64,000 nucleotides of DNA. Origin: Flectonema sp. DT1601 (taxonomy: Eukaryota). This document shows positions 22,502 to 33,245 of this stretch, in pieces. The stretch lies in assembly GCA_964019425.1 (NCBI GenBank), contig OZ025804.1:992001-1056000 (forward strand), given 5' to 3'. Numbering within the stretch: the first letter of the stretch is position 1; each line of letters starts with the position of its first letter. The position numbers and the translations under genes are program-made. The notes under the pieces were generated by a model that saw only the letters and a program-made list of their open reading frames with translations, had not been told where the DNA came from and did no database searches.

Positions 22502-23184
22502 AAATTAACCAGTGTTTAGGGGTTTGAATCCCATGGATCCCGTCGCTCAGGCGGTCCGGTGGAGAACCGGGTAGGGCACTGTGAACGAGTTGCGGTCCAG
22601 GTGGCGTCGGAAGGCCACCGCACCAACAGATTTGTTTCTTCGCACAACAGTAGCTTGGAGACCGTAAGAGACCCAAGGTGGTTCACAACCGCTCGAACAA
22701 CTGCGTGTGAAGGAACAAGATTGAAAAGAAAAGAATATAAGAAAAGAAATGCCACACACAAAAAACGACGTAGTAAAGCAGAGAGGTAGGGGGAGGGATG
22801 GCCTCTTTCTCCACACATTGCATGGGAGCTCCCCGAGTAACTCGCGGGGCTGATACTGTTAATACATTTCAGGCGACCTGAACTTATAATCCCCCCATGC
22901 GTGAAAAGACTAAACGGGGGAAGTTTGAAGGAAATGGGGGTAAAGGGAAATCATGCCACTAAGGAAAAAATAAAAACCCGGTGGCCCCTGTGAGCTCTGG
23001 GTGCCTGAGTATCCCGGGCCGGATCACCTGACCTTCTGCTATGTTGTCCTTTTTTTTTAAAGGTTAGGCTACCGGAAAATAAAACGGGGGTAAAAGAATA
23101 CACAGCAACAACAACAATACGTCAGCACACAAGGTGCATCCAGGTAACACCACGAGGAGGCGCGCTATCCGAGTTTCGTTACCC
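22502..23184 (-). mobile_element. Non-coding retroposon-like insertion with a 20-bp target-site duplication
   Basis: Direct repeat AAGTGAGTTGCGGACAGTAA at 22482-22501 and 23185-23204. No TIRs and no credible ORF; GC-rich structured segments. Confidence 0.88.
23113..23184 (-). ncRNA. HDV-like self-cleaving ribozyme fold at the 5' end of the insertion
   Basis: P1 GGGUAAC/GUUACCU (G1-U wobble), P3 GCC/GGU, L3 UCCUCGU, P1.1 CC/GG, P4 GCAC/GUGU, J4/2 CUGA(C). P2 (GAUAGCGC/GUAUUGUU) is weak. Confidence 0.75.
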
Positions 23185-25704
23185 AAGTGAGTTGCGGACA
23201 GTAAGACAAGAAACCTTTTCCAATAGTTGTGACACTACCAAGACCTGAAAGGTCAAGAGAAGTGAGTTGCGGACAGGAATACAAGAAATAATTTCCAATA
23301 GTTGTGACACTACTAAGACCTGAAAGGTTAATAGCAGTGAGTTGACATTTATACAAGAAAAAATCTTCAATAGCTGTGACACTACTAAGACCTGAAAGGT
23401 CAACAGCAGTGAGTTGTGAACAGGCCACGAAACCTTTTCCAATAGTTGTGACACTACTAAGACCCGAAAGGTCAAGAGAAGTGATTGAAGAATCCTGCAG
23501 GAAGTTTTGTGAGATGACTGTGATGCCGGAATTTGAATTGCGGAAAGAAATCCGTTCGGCGACAGAAGGCAGCATATCATTACTAACACTGAGGCAACCA
23601 TCTTCTGAGAATGTAGGGGTGTCTAGGTTTAAGTATTCCTCATTGTGGTTTCCAAGCCATTGAAGCAACTTCTCCCGCTTCGATTCATCAACAAACCAGC
23701 ATTTACCAAATAACTGAAACAACTTCTTCCGCATTTCCATCTCGCTGTCTGCACCCAATCCATGATCTGCCAGACGCTCAGTTTCGTCAAGGGTGTCACC
23801 AGCGAACGAGAGTTCAACTTCCTCCGGATCGACATCCCACTCAAAAGCCGCCCCCTTCAACACGTCGCTCACAAGGGAATCAACACCAACTGTGACTGAC
23901 ACAGCAGCGAGTTCCAATTCAGGGAATGTCACAAAAACCTGCATTGTTTTGAGTGATCTGCTGAAAGACAAGAAAGGAACGTTAAATGCAATGCGGTAAC
24001 AGATACGATCCATACATTAACTCATACTCGGATGCTCCTTAAAACTTAGAATGCCGAGGGCGACGTTTCTCTTACACCCCGAACACATCACCGTACCGCA
24101 GTTCTTGCAGCTGATGGTCGAGCTAGTTCCAGATCCTGATTTAGTTTTGTATGCTGCGAGAGTGATGAACAATACGAAATTCATTTTTTTAGCAATTAGT
24201 TTAATATCTTCATTAATATCATGTGTTGGAACAACTTTGTAAAAAAGAGAGAATTAATTATATCGAACGGAAAGTTCACAATTTAAAAAAAGAAAACTGA
24301 TTAAACAAATGCTGCTGATGATGACCGTCGGGATGTTCTAAGAAAGAAAAAAAACCGAATTTCAAGGCCAAGACACCTGCGAGTTACAGACAGCCTGGTC
24401 GCAAGCGACACTCTTGTTGCTGACCAGGTTATCAGGATACCTAACTCATGCAAGCATGAGAGCTTTTTAAGGCTACCTTGAACTATCAAGAGCGCAGTGC
24501 TGCCCGAAGGGTTCCCGCGTGTCAAGATGCATTTGCATGTACTGAGCAGAAGTTCCAGAAAGAAGATTACTTTTATCATTTCCCAAGTCATCACATCCTT
24601 TACCGTTTGTGTTATTAGCTTTCAATCAATCCATTAGCGTGAATCTATAGATGTGTTGAATAGGAAAGTAAACGAGTTGAAGCAATAAACCTTTTTGTCA
24701 AAGTAATATTAATTTCAAATGAAAAGCAAATTGAGTAAACTGAGTAATACTTTTGTTACATGGCAGGGATACCCATTCCTGTGAAAGTTGGGGCAGTTGT
24801 ATTGGTAGTCCTTGTTTACTACAAAATTAATATCCAGCCAGCAATGTTTTTTTTTTATATAGTATTTTGGCCCTACAATGGCCCTATTTTGGCCCTACAA
24901 ATTTTTGTGGCTGATTTTCACCATGTGCCCTCCAAATTTGGAGTGCACTTCCATCTATGATATACCGTAATTATAAATATCATGGTGTATAAAAAGTCTC
25001 CAAATCTCCAAAAAATGGCCAAATCCACCATCTTTATTATATCCAAAGTTTTTTTAGTACAATCATTTATATATAATAGACTCAAACCTCCCTTGCTTAG
25101 AAAACAAAACATAATTTCCTAATAATATCCCAGCAGATAAAAATACGAGACGGTGAAGATGGCAATGAGAATAGAAGTAATGAGCGTGCGAAGATTTCTA
25201 TTCCGCACGAGTGGTGGTTTTTGTAAGTAACTTTGGAACAATCTAACATCAAAAAAAAAAGAAAAAATTAAGGAAAAAAGTTAGCCAATGGCAGGGGACA
25301 GAGAGTTGGTAAGTTCGCTTTCCATTCACTGTTTGAACCTGAGAACCGGAGGAATATAAACAAGCTGAGAAGTATCTACATTGTGAATGGGGTGTAAATT
25401 ATTATTTTCACGTAGAGGGCAGTGCCAGTCCCCCAACGTGAGAAGAGCGGGCGGGCAATTCAAAGTTAGTCACCCGAAATATGTTTAGAAGGGTATTTTA
25501 CATTGATTTTAAAGAAAAGTACAAGAGGAAGATCTAATGTTGACTATTTAGGATGACAAAAAATTAACGAAACAATAATAAGAATACAATTCACCACCGC
25601 TGTAATGAAGCGACATGATGACAGTTTTATTAATATCAGGCAGCTGAACAGACTCAGGCGTGATTCTTCCGAGTAATCCATTTGCTACTTCAGTCAAACA
25701 ATCT

Positions 25705-27120
25705 TCACCAACGAACTCCAATAGTGATGACACTACTAAGACCTGAAAGGTCAACAGCAGTGAGTTGTGAACAGGAAGACAAGAAACCTTCTTCAATAGT
25801 TGTGACACTACTAAGACCTGAAAGGTCAACAGCAGTGAGTTGCGGGCAGGAATACAAGAAACCACCTCCAATAGTTGTGACACTACTAAGGCCTGAAAGG
25901 TCAACAGCAGTGAGTTGTGGACAGGAGGCCACGAAACAATCTCCAATAGTTGTGACACTACTAAGGCCTGAAAGGTCAACAGCAGTGATTTGTGAACAGG
26001 CCACGAAACCTTTTCCAATAGTTGTGACACTACAGAGACTTGAAAGGTCAACAGCAGTGAGTTGCGGGCAGGAATACAAGAAACTACTTCCAATAGTTGT
26101 GACACTACTAAGACTTGCAACGACAACAGCAGTGAGTTGTGAACAGGAGGCCACGAAACTATCTCCAATAGTTGTGACACTACTAAGACTTGAAAGGTCA
26201 ACAGCAGTGAGTTGTGAACAGGAAAACAAGAAACAACTTCCAATAGTTGTGACACTACTGAAACCTGAAAGGTCAACAGAAGTGAGTTGTGAACAGGAGG
26301 CCACGAAAAAACGTCCAACTGTGGTGACACTACTAAGACCTGAAAGGTCAACAGCAGTGAGTTGTGAACAGGAGGCCACGAAACAATCTCCAATAGTTGT
26401 GACACTACTAAGACCTGAAAGGTTAACAGCAGTGAGTTGTGAACAGGAAGACAAGAAACAACTTCCAATAGTTGTGACACTTCTAAGACTTGAAAGGTCA
26501 ACAGCAGTGAGTTGTGAACAGGAGGCCACGAAAAAACTTCCAACTGTGGTGACACTACTAAGACCTGAAAGGTCAACAGCAGTGAGTTGTGAACAGGAGG
26601 CCACGAAACAATCTCCAATAGTTGTGACACTACTAAGACCCGAAAGGTCAAGAGAAGTGATCGAAGAATCTTTCAGGAAATTGTGTGAGATGATTTTGAT
26701 ATCGGAATTTGTATTGCGGAAAGAAATCCGTTTGGCGACAGAAGGCAGCATATCATTACTAACACTGAGGCAACCATCTTCTGAGAATGTAGGGGTGTCT
26801 AGGTTTAAGTATTCCTCATTGTGGTTTCCAAGCCATTGAAGCAACTTCTCCCGCTTCGATTCATCAACAAACCAGCATTTACCAAATAACCGAAACAACT
26901 TCTTCCGCATTTCCATCTCGCTGTCTGCACCCAATACATGATCTGCCAGACGCTCAGTTTCGTCAAGGGTGTCACCAGCGAACGAGAGTTCAACTTCCTC
27001 CGGATCGACATCCCACTCAAAAGCCGCCCCCTTCAACACGTCGCTCACAAGGGAATCAACACCAACTGTGACTGACACAGCAGCGAGTTCCAATTCAGGG
27101 AATGTCACAAAAACCTGCAT
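25705..27120 (-). CDS. UBL-LRR protein copy 4 (13 modules, ends IGVRW*)
   Basis: ORF track; same constant N-terminus as the other copies. Confidence 0.85.
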   Translation of the reverse strand: MQVFVTFPELELAAVSVTVGVDSLVSDVLKGAAFEWDVDPEEVELSFAGDTLDETERLADHVLGADSEMEMRKKLFRLFGKCWFVDESKREKLLQWLGNHNEEYLNLDTPTFSEDGCLSVSNDMLPSVAKRISFRNTNSDIKIISHNFLKDSSITSLDLSGLSSVTTIGDCFVASCSQLTAVDLSGLSSVTTVGSFFVASCSQLTAVDLSSLRSVTTIGSCFLSSCSQLTAVNLSGLSSVTTIGDCFVASCSQLTAVDLSGLSSVTTVGRFFVASCSQLTSVDLSGFSSVTTIGSCFLFSCSQLTAVDLSSLSSVTTIGDSFVASCSQLTAVVVASLSSVTTIGSSFLYSCPQLTAVDLSSLCSVTTIGKGFVACSQITAVDLSGLSSVTTIGDCFVASCPQLTAVDLSGLSSVTTIGGGFLYSCPQLTAVDLSGLSSVTTIEEGFLSSCSQLTAVDLSGLSSVITIGVRW

Positions 27121-28054
27121 TGTTTTGAGTGATCTGCTGAAAGACAAGAAAGGAACGTTAAATGCAATGCGGTAACAGATACGATCCATACATTAACTCA
27201 TACTCGGATGCTCCTTAAAACTTAGAATGCCGAGGGCGACGTTTCTCTTACACCCCGAACACATCACCGTACCGCAGTTCTTGCAGCTGATGGTCGAGCT
27301 AGTTCCAGATCCTGATTTAGTTTTGTATGCTGCGAGAGTGATGAACAATACGAAATTCATTTGGCAATTATTTTCATCTCTTCACCCACATCATGTGTTG
27401 GAACAACTTTGTAAAAAAGAGAGAAGTAATTATATCGAACGGAAAGTTCACAATTAAAAAAAAAAAGAAAACTGATTAAACAAATGCTGCTGATGATGAC
27501 CGTCGGGATGTTCTAAGAAAGAAAAAGAACCTGCCGATGAAAACACGTCTGTCAGATCAAATGATATATTTCATTGTAGTGATTGATACGGAATTAACAG
27601 ATACAGATGTCTCACATTTTGTTTTTATCGATCATAGAAAGGTAATTAGTTGCTGAGATGTAATTCTTAGAAACAGGGGGGGGGGCAGTTACCTGCGTGT
27701 TGACTTTTGCGATATTTTCCTTGAGCTCCAGACGACTCCTGTTTTCCCAACATTTTTCAATGAGAAAAAATAAAAAAACCGCATCAGGCCGCTACCTTAA
27801 AAACCTTTTTTAATTTAATGCTTTGCGGGAAAAAAAATAATCGGCGAACTTCACTTTTTACTTTCTTACTCACACTTTTATTTTGTTTGTCCTCAACTAG
27901 TACAACATCTAAATAAAGGAATAGATTAATTACGCTGCCACAATTCTCTTTCTACCGAACAACGGGTGTGTAGGCTCAAAAAACAATTGGCTTTATCTTC
28001 TACTATACAATATAACACTGTGATTTTTTGTTTGTGCACGAAACCGGGCAAATA

Positions 28055-28182
28055 AACCATTCAGATTAGCCTTATATTTGGTTGAACGCAGACAAAATCC
28101 TGTCGCACGGGGAAAATAAACAATGAGCATAAGAAATATCGGTTTTCAATCTGAATAATTTCTACTCCAACTACGTCGGTAC
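28055..28182 (+). repeat. ~135-bp inverted-end/hairpin repeat, copy B
   Basis: AACCATTCAGATT...AATCTGAATAATT..CTCCAACTACGTCGGTAC. Confidence 0.8.
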
Positions 28183-28903
28183 AAAGAAATCATAATAAAA
28201 AAAAACAATTACACTTGAGGGAAGAACAAAATTAATATCCAGCCAGCAGTGTTCTTCCTCATTCTATTTTTTTTTTTATATATAATAGACTCAAACATCC
28301 CCTCTTGCTTAAAAAACAAAACATAATTTCTTAATAATATCCCAGCAGAAAAAAAATACGAGACGGTGAAGATGGCAATGAGACTAGAAGTAATGAGCGT
28401 GCGAAGGTTTCTATTCCGCACGAGTGGTGGTTTTTGTAAGTAACCTTGAAACAATCTAACATCAAAAAAAAAAGAAAAAAAAAGGAAAAAAGTTAGCCAA
28501 TGGCAGGGGACAGAGAGTTGGTAAGTTCGCTTTCCATTCACTGTTTGAACCTGAGAACCGGAGGAATATAAACAAGCTGAGAAGTATCTACATTGTGAAT
28601 GGGGTGTAAATTATTATTTTCACGTAGAGGGCAGTGCCAGTCCCCCAACGTGAGAAGAGCGGGCGGGCAATTCAAAGTTAGTCACCCGAAACATGTTTAG
28701 AAGGGTATTTTACATTGATTTTAAAGAAAAGTACAAGAGAAAGATCTAATGTTGATTATTTAGGATGACAAAAAATTAACGAAACAATAATAAGAATACA
28801 ATTCACCACCGCTGTAATGACAGTTTTATTAATATCAGGCAGCTGAACAGACTCAGGCGTGATTCTTCCGAGTAATCCATTTGCTACTTCAGTCAAACTA
28901 TCT

Positions 28904-30688
28904 TCACCAACGAACTCCAATAGTGATGACACTACTAAGACTTGAAAGGTCAACAGCAGTGAGTTGTGAACAGGAAGACAAGAAACCATCTCCAATAGTT
29001 GTGACACTACTAAGACCTGAAAGGTCAACAGCAGTGAGTTGTGAACAGGAAGACAAGAAACTTTCTCCAATAGTTGTGACACTACTAAGGCCTGAAAGGT
29101 CAACAGCAGTGAGTTGTGAACAGGCCACGAAACCATCTCCAATAGTTGTGACACTACTAAGACCTGAAAGGTCAACAGCAGTGAGTTGTGAACAGGAAGA
29201 CAAGAAACCATCTCCAATAGTTGTGACACTACTAAGACCTGAAAGGTCAACAGCAGTGAGTTGTGAACAGGAAGACAAGAAACTTTCTCCAATAGTTGTG
29301 ACACTACTAAGGCCTGAAAGGTCAACAGCAGTGAGTTGTGAACAGGCCACGAAACCATCTCCAATAGTTGTGAGACTACTAAGACCTGAAAGGTCAACAG
29401 CAGTGAGTTGCGGGCAGGAATACAAGAAACAACTTCCAATAGTTGTGACACTACTAAATTTAGCAAGGTCAACAGCAGTGAGTTGTGGACAGGAGGCCAC
29501 GAAACTATCTCCAATAGTTGTGACACTACTAAGGCCTGAAAGGTCAACAGCAGTGATTTGTGAACAGGAGGCCACGAAACCATCTCCAATAGTTGTGACA
29601 CTACAGAGACCTGAAAGGTCAATAGCAGTGAGTTGCGGGCAGGAATACAAGAAACAACTTCCAATAGTTGTGACACTACTAAATTTTGCAAGGTCAACAG
29701 CAGTGAGTTGTGAACAGGAGGCCACGAAACAATTTCCAATAGTTGTGACACTACTAAGGCCTGAAAGGTCAACAGCAGTGATTTGTGAACAGGAGGCCAC
29801 GAAACCTTTTCCAATAGTTGTGACACTACAGAGACTTGAAAGGTCAACAGCAGTGAGTTGCGGGCAGGAATACAAGAAACTACTTCCAATAGTTGTGACA
29901 CTACTAAGACTTGCAACGACAACAGCAGTGAGTTGTGAACAGGAGGACACGAAACTATCTCCAATAGTTGTGACACTACCAAGGCCTGAAAGGTCAACAG
30001 CAGTGAGTTGTGAACAGGAAAACAAGAAACCATTTCCAATAGTTGTGACACTACTGAAACCTGAAAGGTCAACAGAAGTGAGTTGTGAACAGGAGGCCAC
30101 GAATAAAATTCCAACTGTGGTGACACTACTAAGACCTGAAAGGTTAACAGCAGTGAGTTGTGAACAGGCCACGAAACAATCTCCAATAGTTGTGACACTA
30201 CTAAGACCCGAAAGGTCAAGAGAAGTGATCGAAGAATCTTTCAGGAAATTGTGTGAGATGATTTTGATATCGGAATTTGAATTGCGGAAAGAAATCCGTT
30301 CGGCGACAGAAGGCAGCATATCATTACTAACACTGAGGCAACCATCTTCTGAGAATGTAGGGGTGTCTAGGTTTAAGTATTCCTCATTGTGGTTTCCAAG
30401 CCATTGAAGCAGCTTCTCCCGCTTCGATTCATCAACAAACCAGCATTTACCAAATAACCGAAACAACTTCTTCCGCATTTCCATCTCGCTGTCTGCACCC
30501 AATCCATGATCTGCCAGACGCTCAGTTTCGTCAAGGGTGTCACCAGCGAACGAGAGTTCAACTTCCTCCGGATCGACATCCCACTCAAAAGCCGCCCCCT
30601 TCAACACGTCGCTCACAAGGGAATCAACACCAACTGTGACTGACACAGCAGCGAGTTCCAATTCAGGGAATGTCACAAAAACCTGCAT
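28904..30688 (-). CDS. UBL-LRR protein copy 5 (18 modules, ends IGVRW*)
   Basis: ORF track; internal three-module duplications are visible. Confidence 0.85.
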   Translation of the reverse strand: MQVFVTFPELELAAVSVTVGVDSLVSDVLKGAAFEWDVDPEEVELSFAGDTLDETERLADHGLGADSEMEMRKKLFRLFGKCWFVDESKREKLLQWLGNHNEEYLNLDTPTFSEDGCLSVSNDMLPSVAERISFRNSNSDIKIISHNFLKDSSITSLDLSGLSSVTTIGDCFVACSQLTAVNLSGLSSVTTVGILFVASCSQLTSVDLSGFSSVTTIGNGFLFSCSQLTAVDLSGLGSVTTIGDSFVSSCSQLTAVVVASLSSVTTIGSSFLYSCPQLTAVDLSSLCSVTTIGKGFVASCSQITAVDLSGLSSVTTIGNCFVASCSQLTAVDLAKFSSVTTIGSCFLYSCPQLTAIDLSGLCSVTTIGDGFVASCSQITAVDLSGLSSVTTIGDSFVASCPQLTAVDLAKFSSVTTIGSCFLYSCPQLTAVDLSGLSSLTTIGDGFVACSQLTAVDLSGLSSVTTIGESFLSSCSQLTAVDLSGLSSVTTIGDGFLSSCSQLTAVDLSGLSSVTTIGDGFVACSQLTAVDLSGLSSVTTIGESFLSSCSQLTAVDLSGLSSVTTIGDGFLSSCSQLTAVDLSSLSSVITIGVRW

Positions 30689-31566
30689 TGTTTTGAGTGA
30701 TCTGCTGAAAGACAAGAAAGGAACGTTAAATGCAATGCGGTAACAGATACGATCCATACATTAACTCATACTCGGATGCTCCTTAAAACTTAGAATGCCG
30801 AGGGCGACGTTTCTCTTACACCCCGAACACATCACCGTACCGCAGTTCTTGCAGCTGATGCTCGAGCTGGTTCCAGATCCTGATTTAGTTTTGTATGCTG
30901 CGAGAGTGATGAACAATACGAAATTCATTTGGCAATTATTTTCATCTCTTCACCCACATCATGTGTTGGAACAACTTTGTAAAAAAGAGAGAAGTAATTA
31001 TATCGAACGGAAAGTTCACAATTAAAAAAAAAAAAGAAAACTGATTAAACAAATGCTGCTGATGATGACCGTCGGGATGTTCTAAGAAAGAAAAAGAACC
31101 TGCCGATGAAAACACGTCTGTCAGATCAAATGATATATTTCATTGTAGTGATTGATACGGAATTAACAGATACAGATGTCTCACATTTTGTTTTCATGAG
31201 ATTCTTAGAAACGGGGGCAGTTGCCTGTGTGTTGACTTGACTCTGGTAAATCGTTTAAGACCACACAGTGCCTAACAAAAACCTGTCCATTCACACAGGC
31301 TGCGGCTACGTAATTCTCTTATTTTTTATTTTTATTTTTTCCCCCCTCCAGATTTACACATTACGACCCGCTACCTAAGTGCTATGCGGAAACAAAGAAC
31401 CAAAAAAAAAAAAAAAAAAAAAAAAAAAGACAAAGACAAAAAGAACGAAGCGATCTTTTTGACAATTCAGTACATTGCATCTCACAACCTTTCAGGTGTA
31501 CGGCAAGACACGGCTATGAAAATCATTGAAAGTACTAAAAATGAGAAAAACAAAAGGAAATTAAAC

Positions 31567-33245
31567 CTAACGGATGAGCGACTTCCAGTTTGACGGCTTG
31601 AAGATATCAAACCCTTTCAAATCAGTAACGATAACAACACATGGGAGCTGAGGGTGCCAATGAAGTTCCTTTGGGCTTTGCAATCCCATGTGTTGGAATA
31701 CTAACTGCGCTGGGAATTGAGCGAGTTCAGGGTGACGAGCAGCCATCACGGCCTCTTCCTCCGCATCTCTCTCAATGGAAAAATCCCACAAGGAAACCTG
31801 ATTGTCGTCGGAAGCAACGGCCAATAAATTTTCATTAAACGGACTGTATTCTAAACTGGTAATTGGGGATTTCAAGAAGGAATACGTCTGTGCTGCTTTT
31901 GTTCCTCCCTTTTGAATTTTTCTTAAATCCCAAATGTGAAGACCCCCGTCGTCGCTCCCTGTTGTCACCAAGTGATTACTTTCTTTGTGTGGATTCCAAT
32001 CCAACACATTTACATCAACACCATCGTTGACCATCCAGGAGATTTTCGCTCCCTTTGAACGAGTGTCGTAAACCTGTTTTTTTTTTTTTTTTTTTTTTTG
32101 CTGAATTTGACTTGACCTAAAGAACTACCCCGTGAACTAAATACCTGACAGTTACCTCCTGTCAATCCCGCAATCATAACAGTTGGTTGATGAGAACTCC
32201 ACTTAATATCTTCAATAGAACCTGGTGCTGGTGTATCTGTTAACTTTGACCCAGTAACGTTACCTGTTTATTATTAGTTTTGTTTTGTTTACTTGTAACA
32301 CTAACATGATAGATAGATTGGTATACCTGATTCGTTCAACGTCCAATGTCTGAGATTTCCATCACAATCACCTGAAGCGAGAGAACCTGAATTACACAAT
32401 GACCAGGCTAGACCATAACCTTCAGAGGTATGTCCATTTGGTCCCGTTGGAGTTGTGTATAAGAGACGTGGTGGTGCTCCAGCCTTAGCACCTCCGGCAG
32501 CAACGTTTTCTCGAACCCACTCACCAGGATTGTCGAGTTGTTTAAATTGATCTGAGAAATCAAGTATTTTAACCACACCACTCTCAGACCAACCTGCTAC
32601 TATTGTTGTTCGCTGAGGCATGCATCGAATACGGTTAAAGGCTGAGTTGTCAGATGTGAGTTTTGTTTCTAAGATAGGATCTTGTTCTGGATTGGCATCC
32701 AAGTCGTCATCATCCTCATCGTCTGATGCGTCTGAAGCGGATTCGTTTGCGTCATCGAATCGAGTTTTACAGAGTTGAGAAGATTTCATAACTCCGATAT
32801 AATTATCTTCACCCCCTGCTGCTTGTGATCCACACGCCCAATAACAACTCATAGGATATTTAGTTCTACTAGCTCCCATTGAGTCAGCTACAATATCAAA
32901 TGAAAGGCATGGCCAATCAACAGATAATTTATGATACATATCGTATGCGCTGCTGTCGTAGGTCATTTCTGCTCCCTCAGGCATTTCATCGATCCCAGGA
33001 CGGTATACCAAACGACGGGCTATTTCTGCCTCGTCTTCCTCTTCGTCGTTCATGTTTTCGTCTTCATCATTACTTTGACAGTCGACTACCTCACCGTCAT
33101 CTTCTATGTCACTGAAATCATCGTCAAATTGATTTTCTGGAGGTGCCATGGCCCCAACCTCTCCCTCCATCATATCATTTTCTGCTTGTCTTCCTCTCTT
33201 CTTGGATCCAAGAGCAGGAGGGAGTCTCTTGTTTGGGTTTGACAT
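31567..33245 (-). CDS. GRWD1: Glutamate-rich WD40 protein GRWD1/RRB1 (ribosome assembly), 3 exons; introns 32264-32326 and 32074-32144
   Basis: Acidic N-terminus, YDSSAYDMYH..VDWPCLSFD, NRIRCM, HTSEGYGLAWS, PAQLVFQHMG..KELHWHPQ. Both GT-AG introns restore a continuous frame, with middle exon GNVTGSKLTDTPAPGSIEDIKWS...NCQ. Confidence 0.93.

Larger units (their letters stand above)
22429..23944 (-). pseudogene. UBL-LRR copy 3 (5 modules) interrupted by a 683-bp insertion
   Basis: Removing 22502-23184 plus one TSD copy restores ...FLSYCPQLTSLDLSSLSSVTTFGIRW*. Confidence 0.85.
18530..31240. repeat. Tandem segmental duplication array of four ~3.2-3.6 kb units, each carrying a UBL-LRR gene
   Basis: Gene starts at 20471, 23944, 27120 and 30688 with near-identical upstream (~300-500 bp) and downstream flanks. 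Shared spacer blocks recur at ~18600, ~18880, ~25130 and ~28340. Confidence 0.9.

Noticed and set aside
28904..30230. CRISPR-like look of constant repeats with short variable spacers
   Set aside because: Variable parts are a few codons inside an in-frame coding repeat in a eukaryotic gene; no cas genes.
25548..30407. Long alternative-frame and antisense ORFs over the LRR arrays (e.g. 25682-26839 +, 28881-30407 +, 28756-30219 -)
   Set aside because: A stop-free 75-nt unit repeated in tandem keeps several frames open. These ORFs end with the repeats and lack credible starts. Only the final cap segment of the +1 frame is informative.
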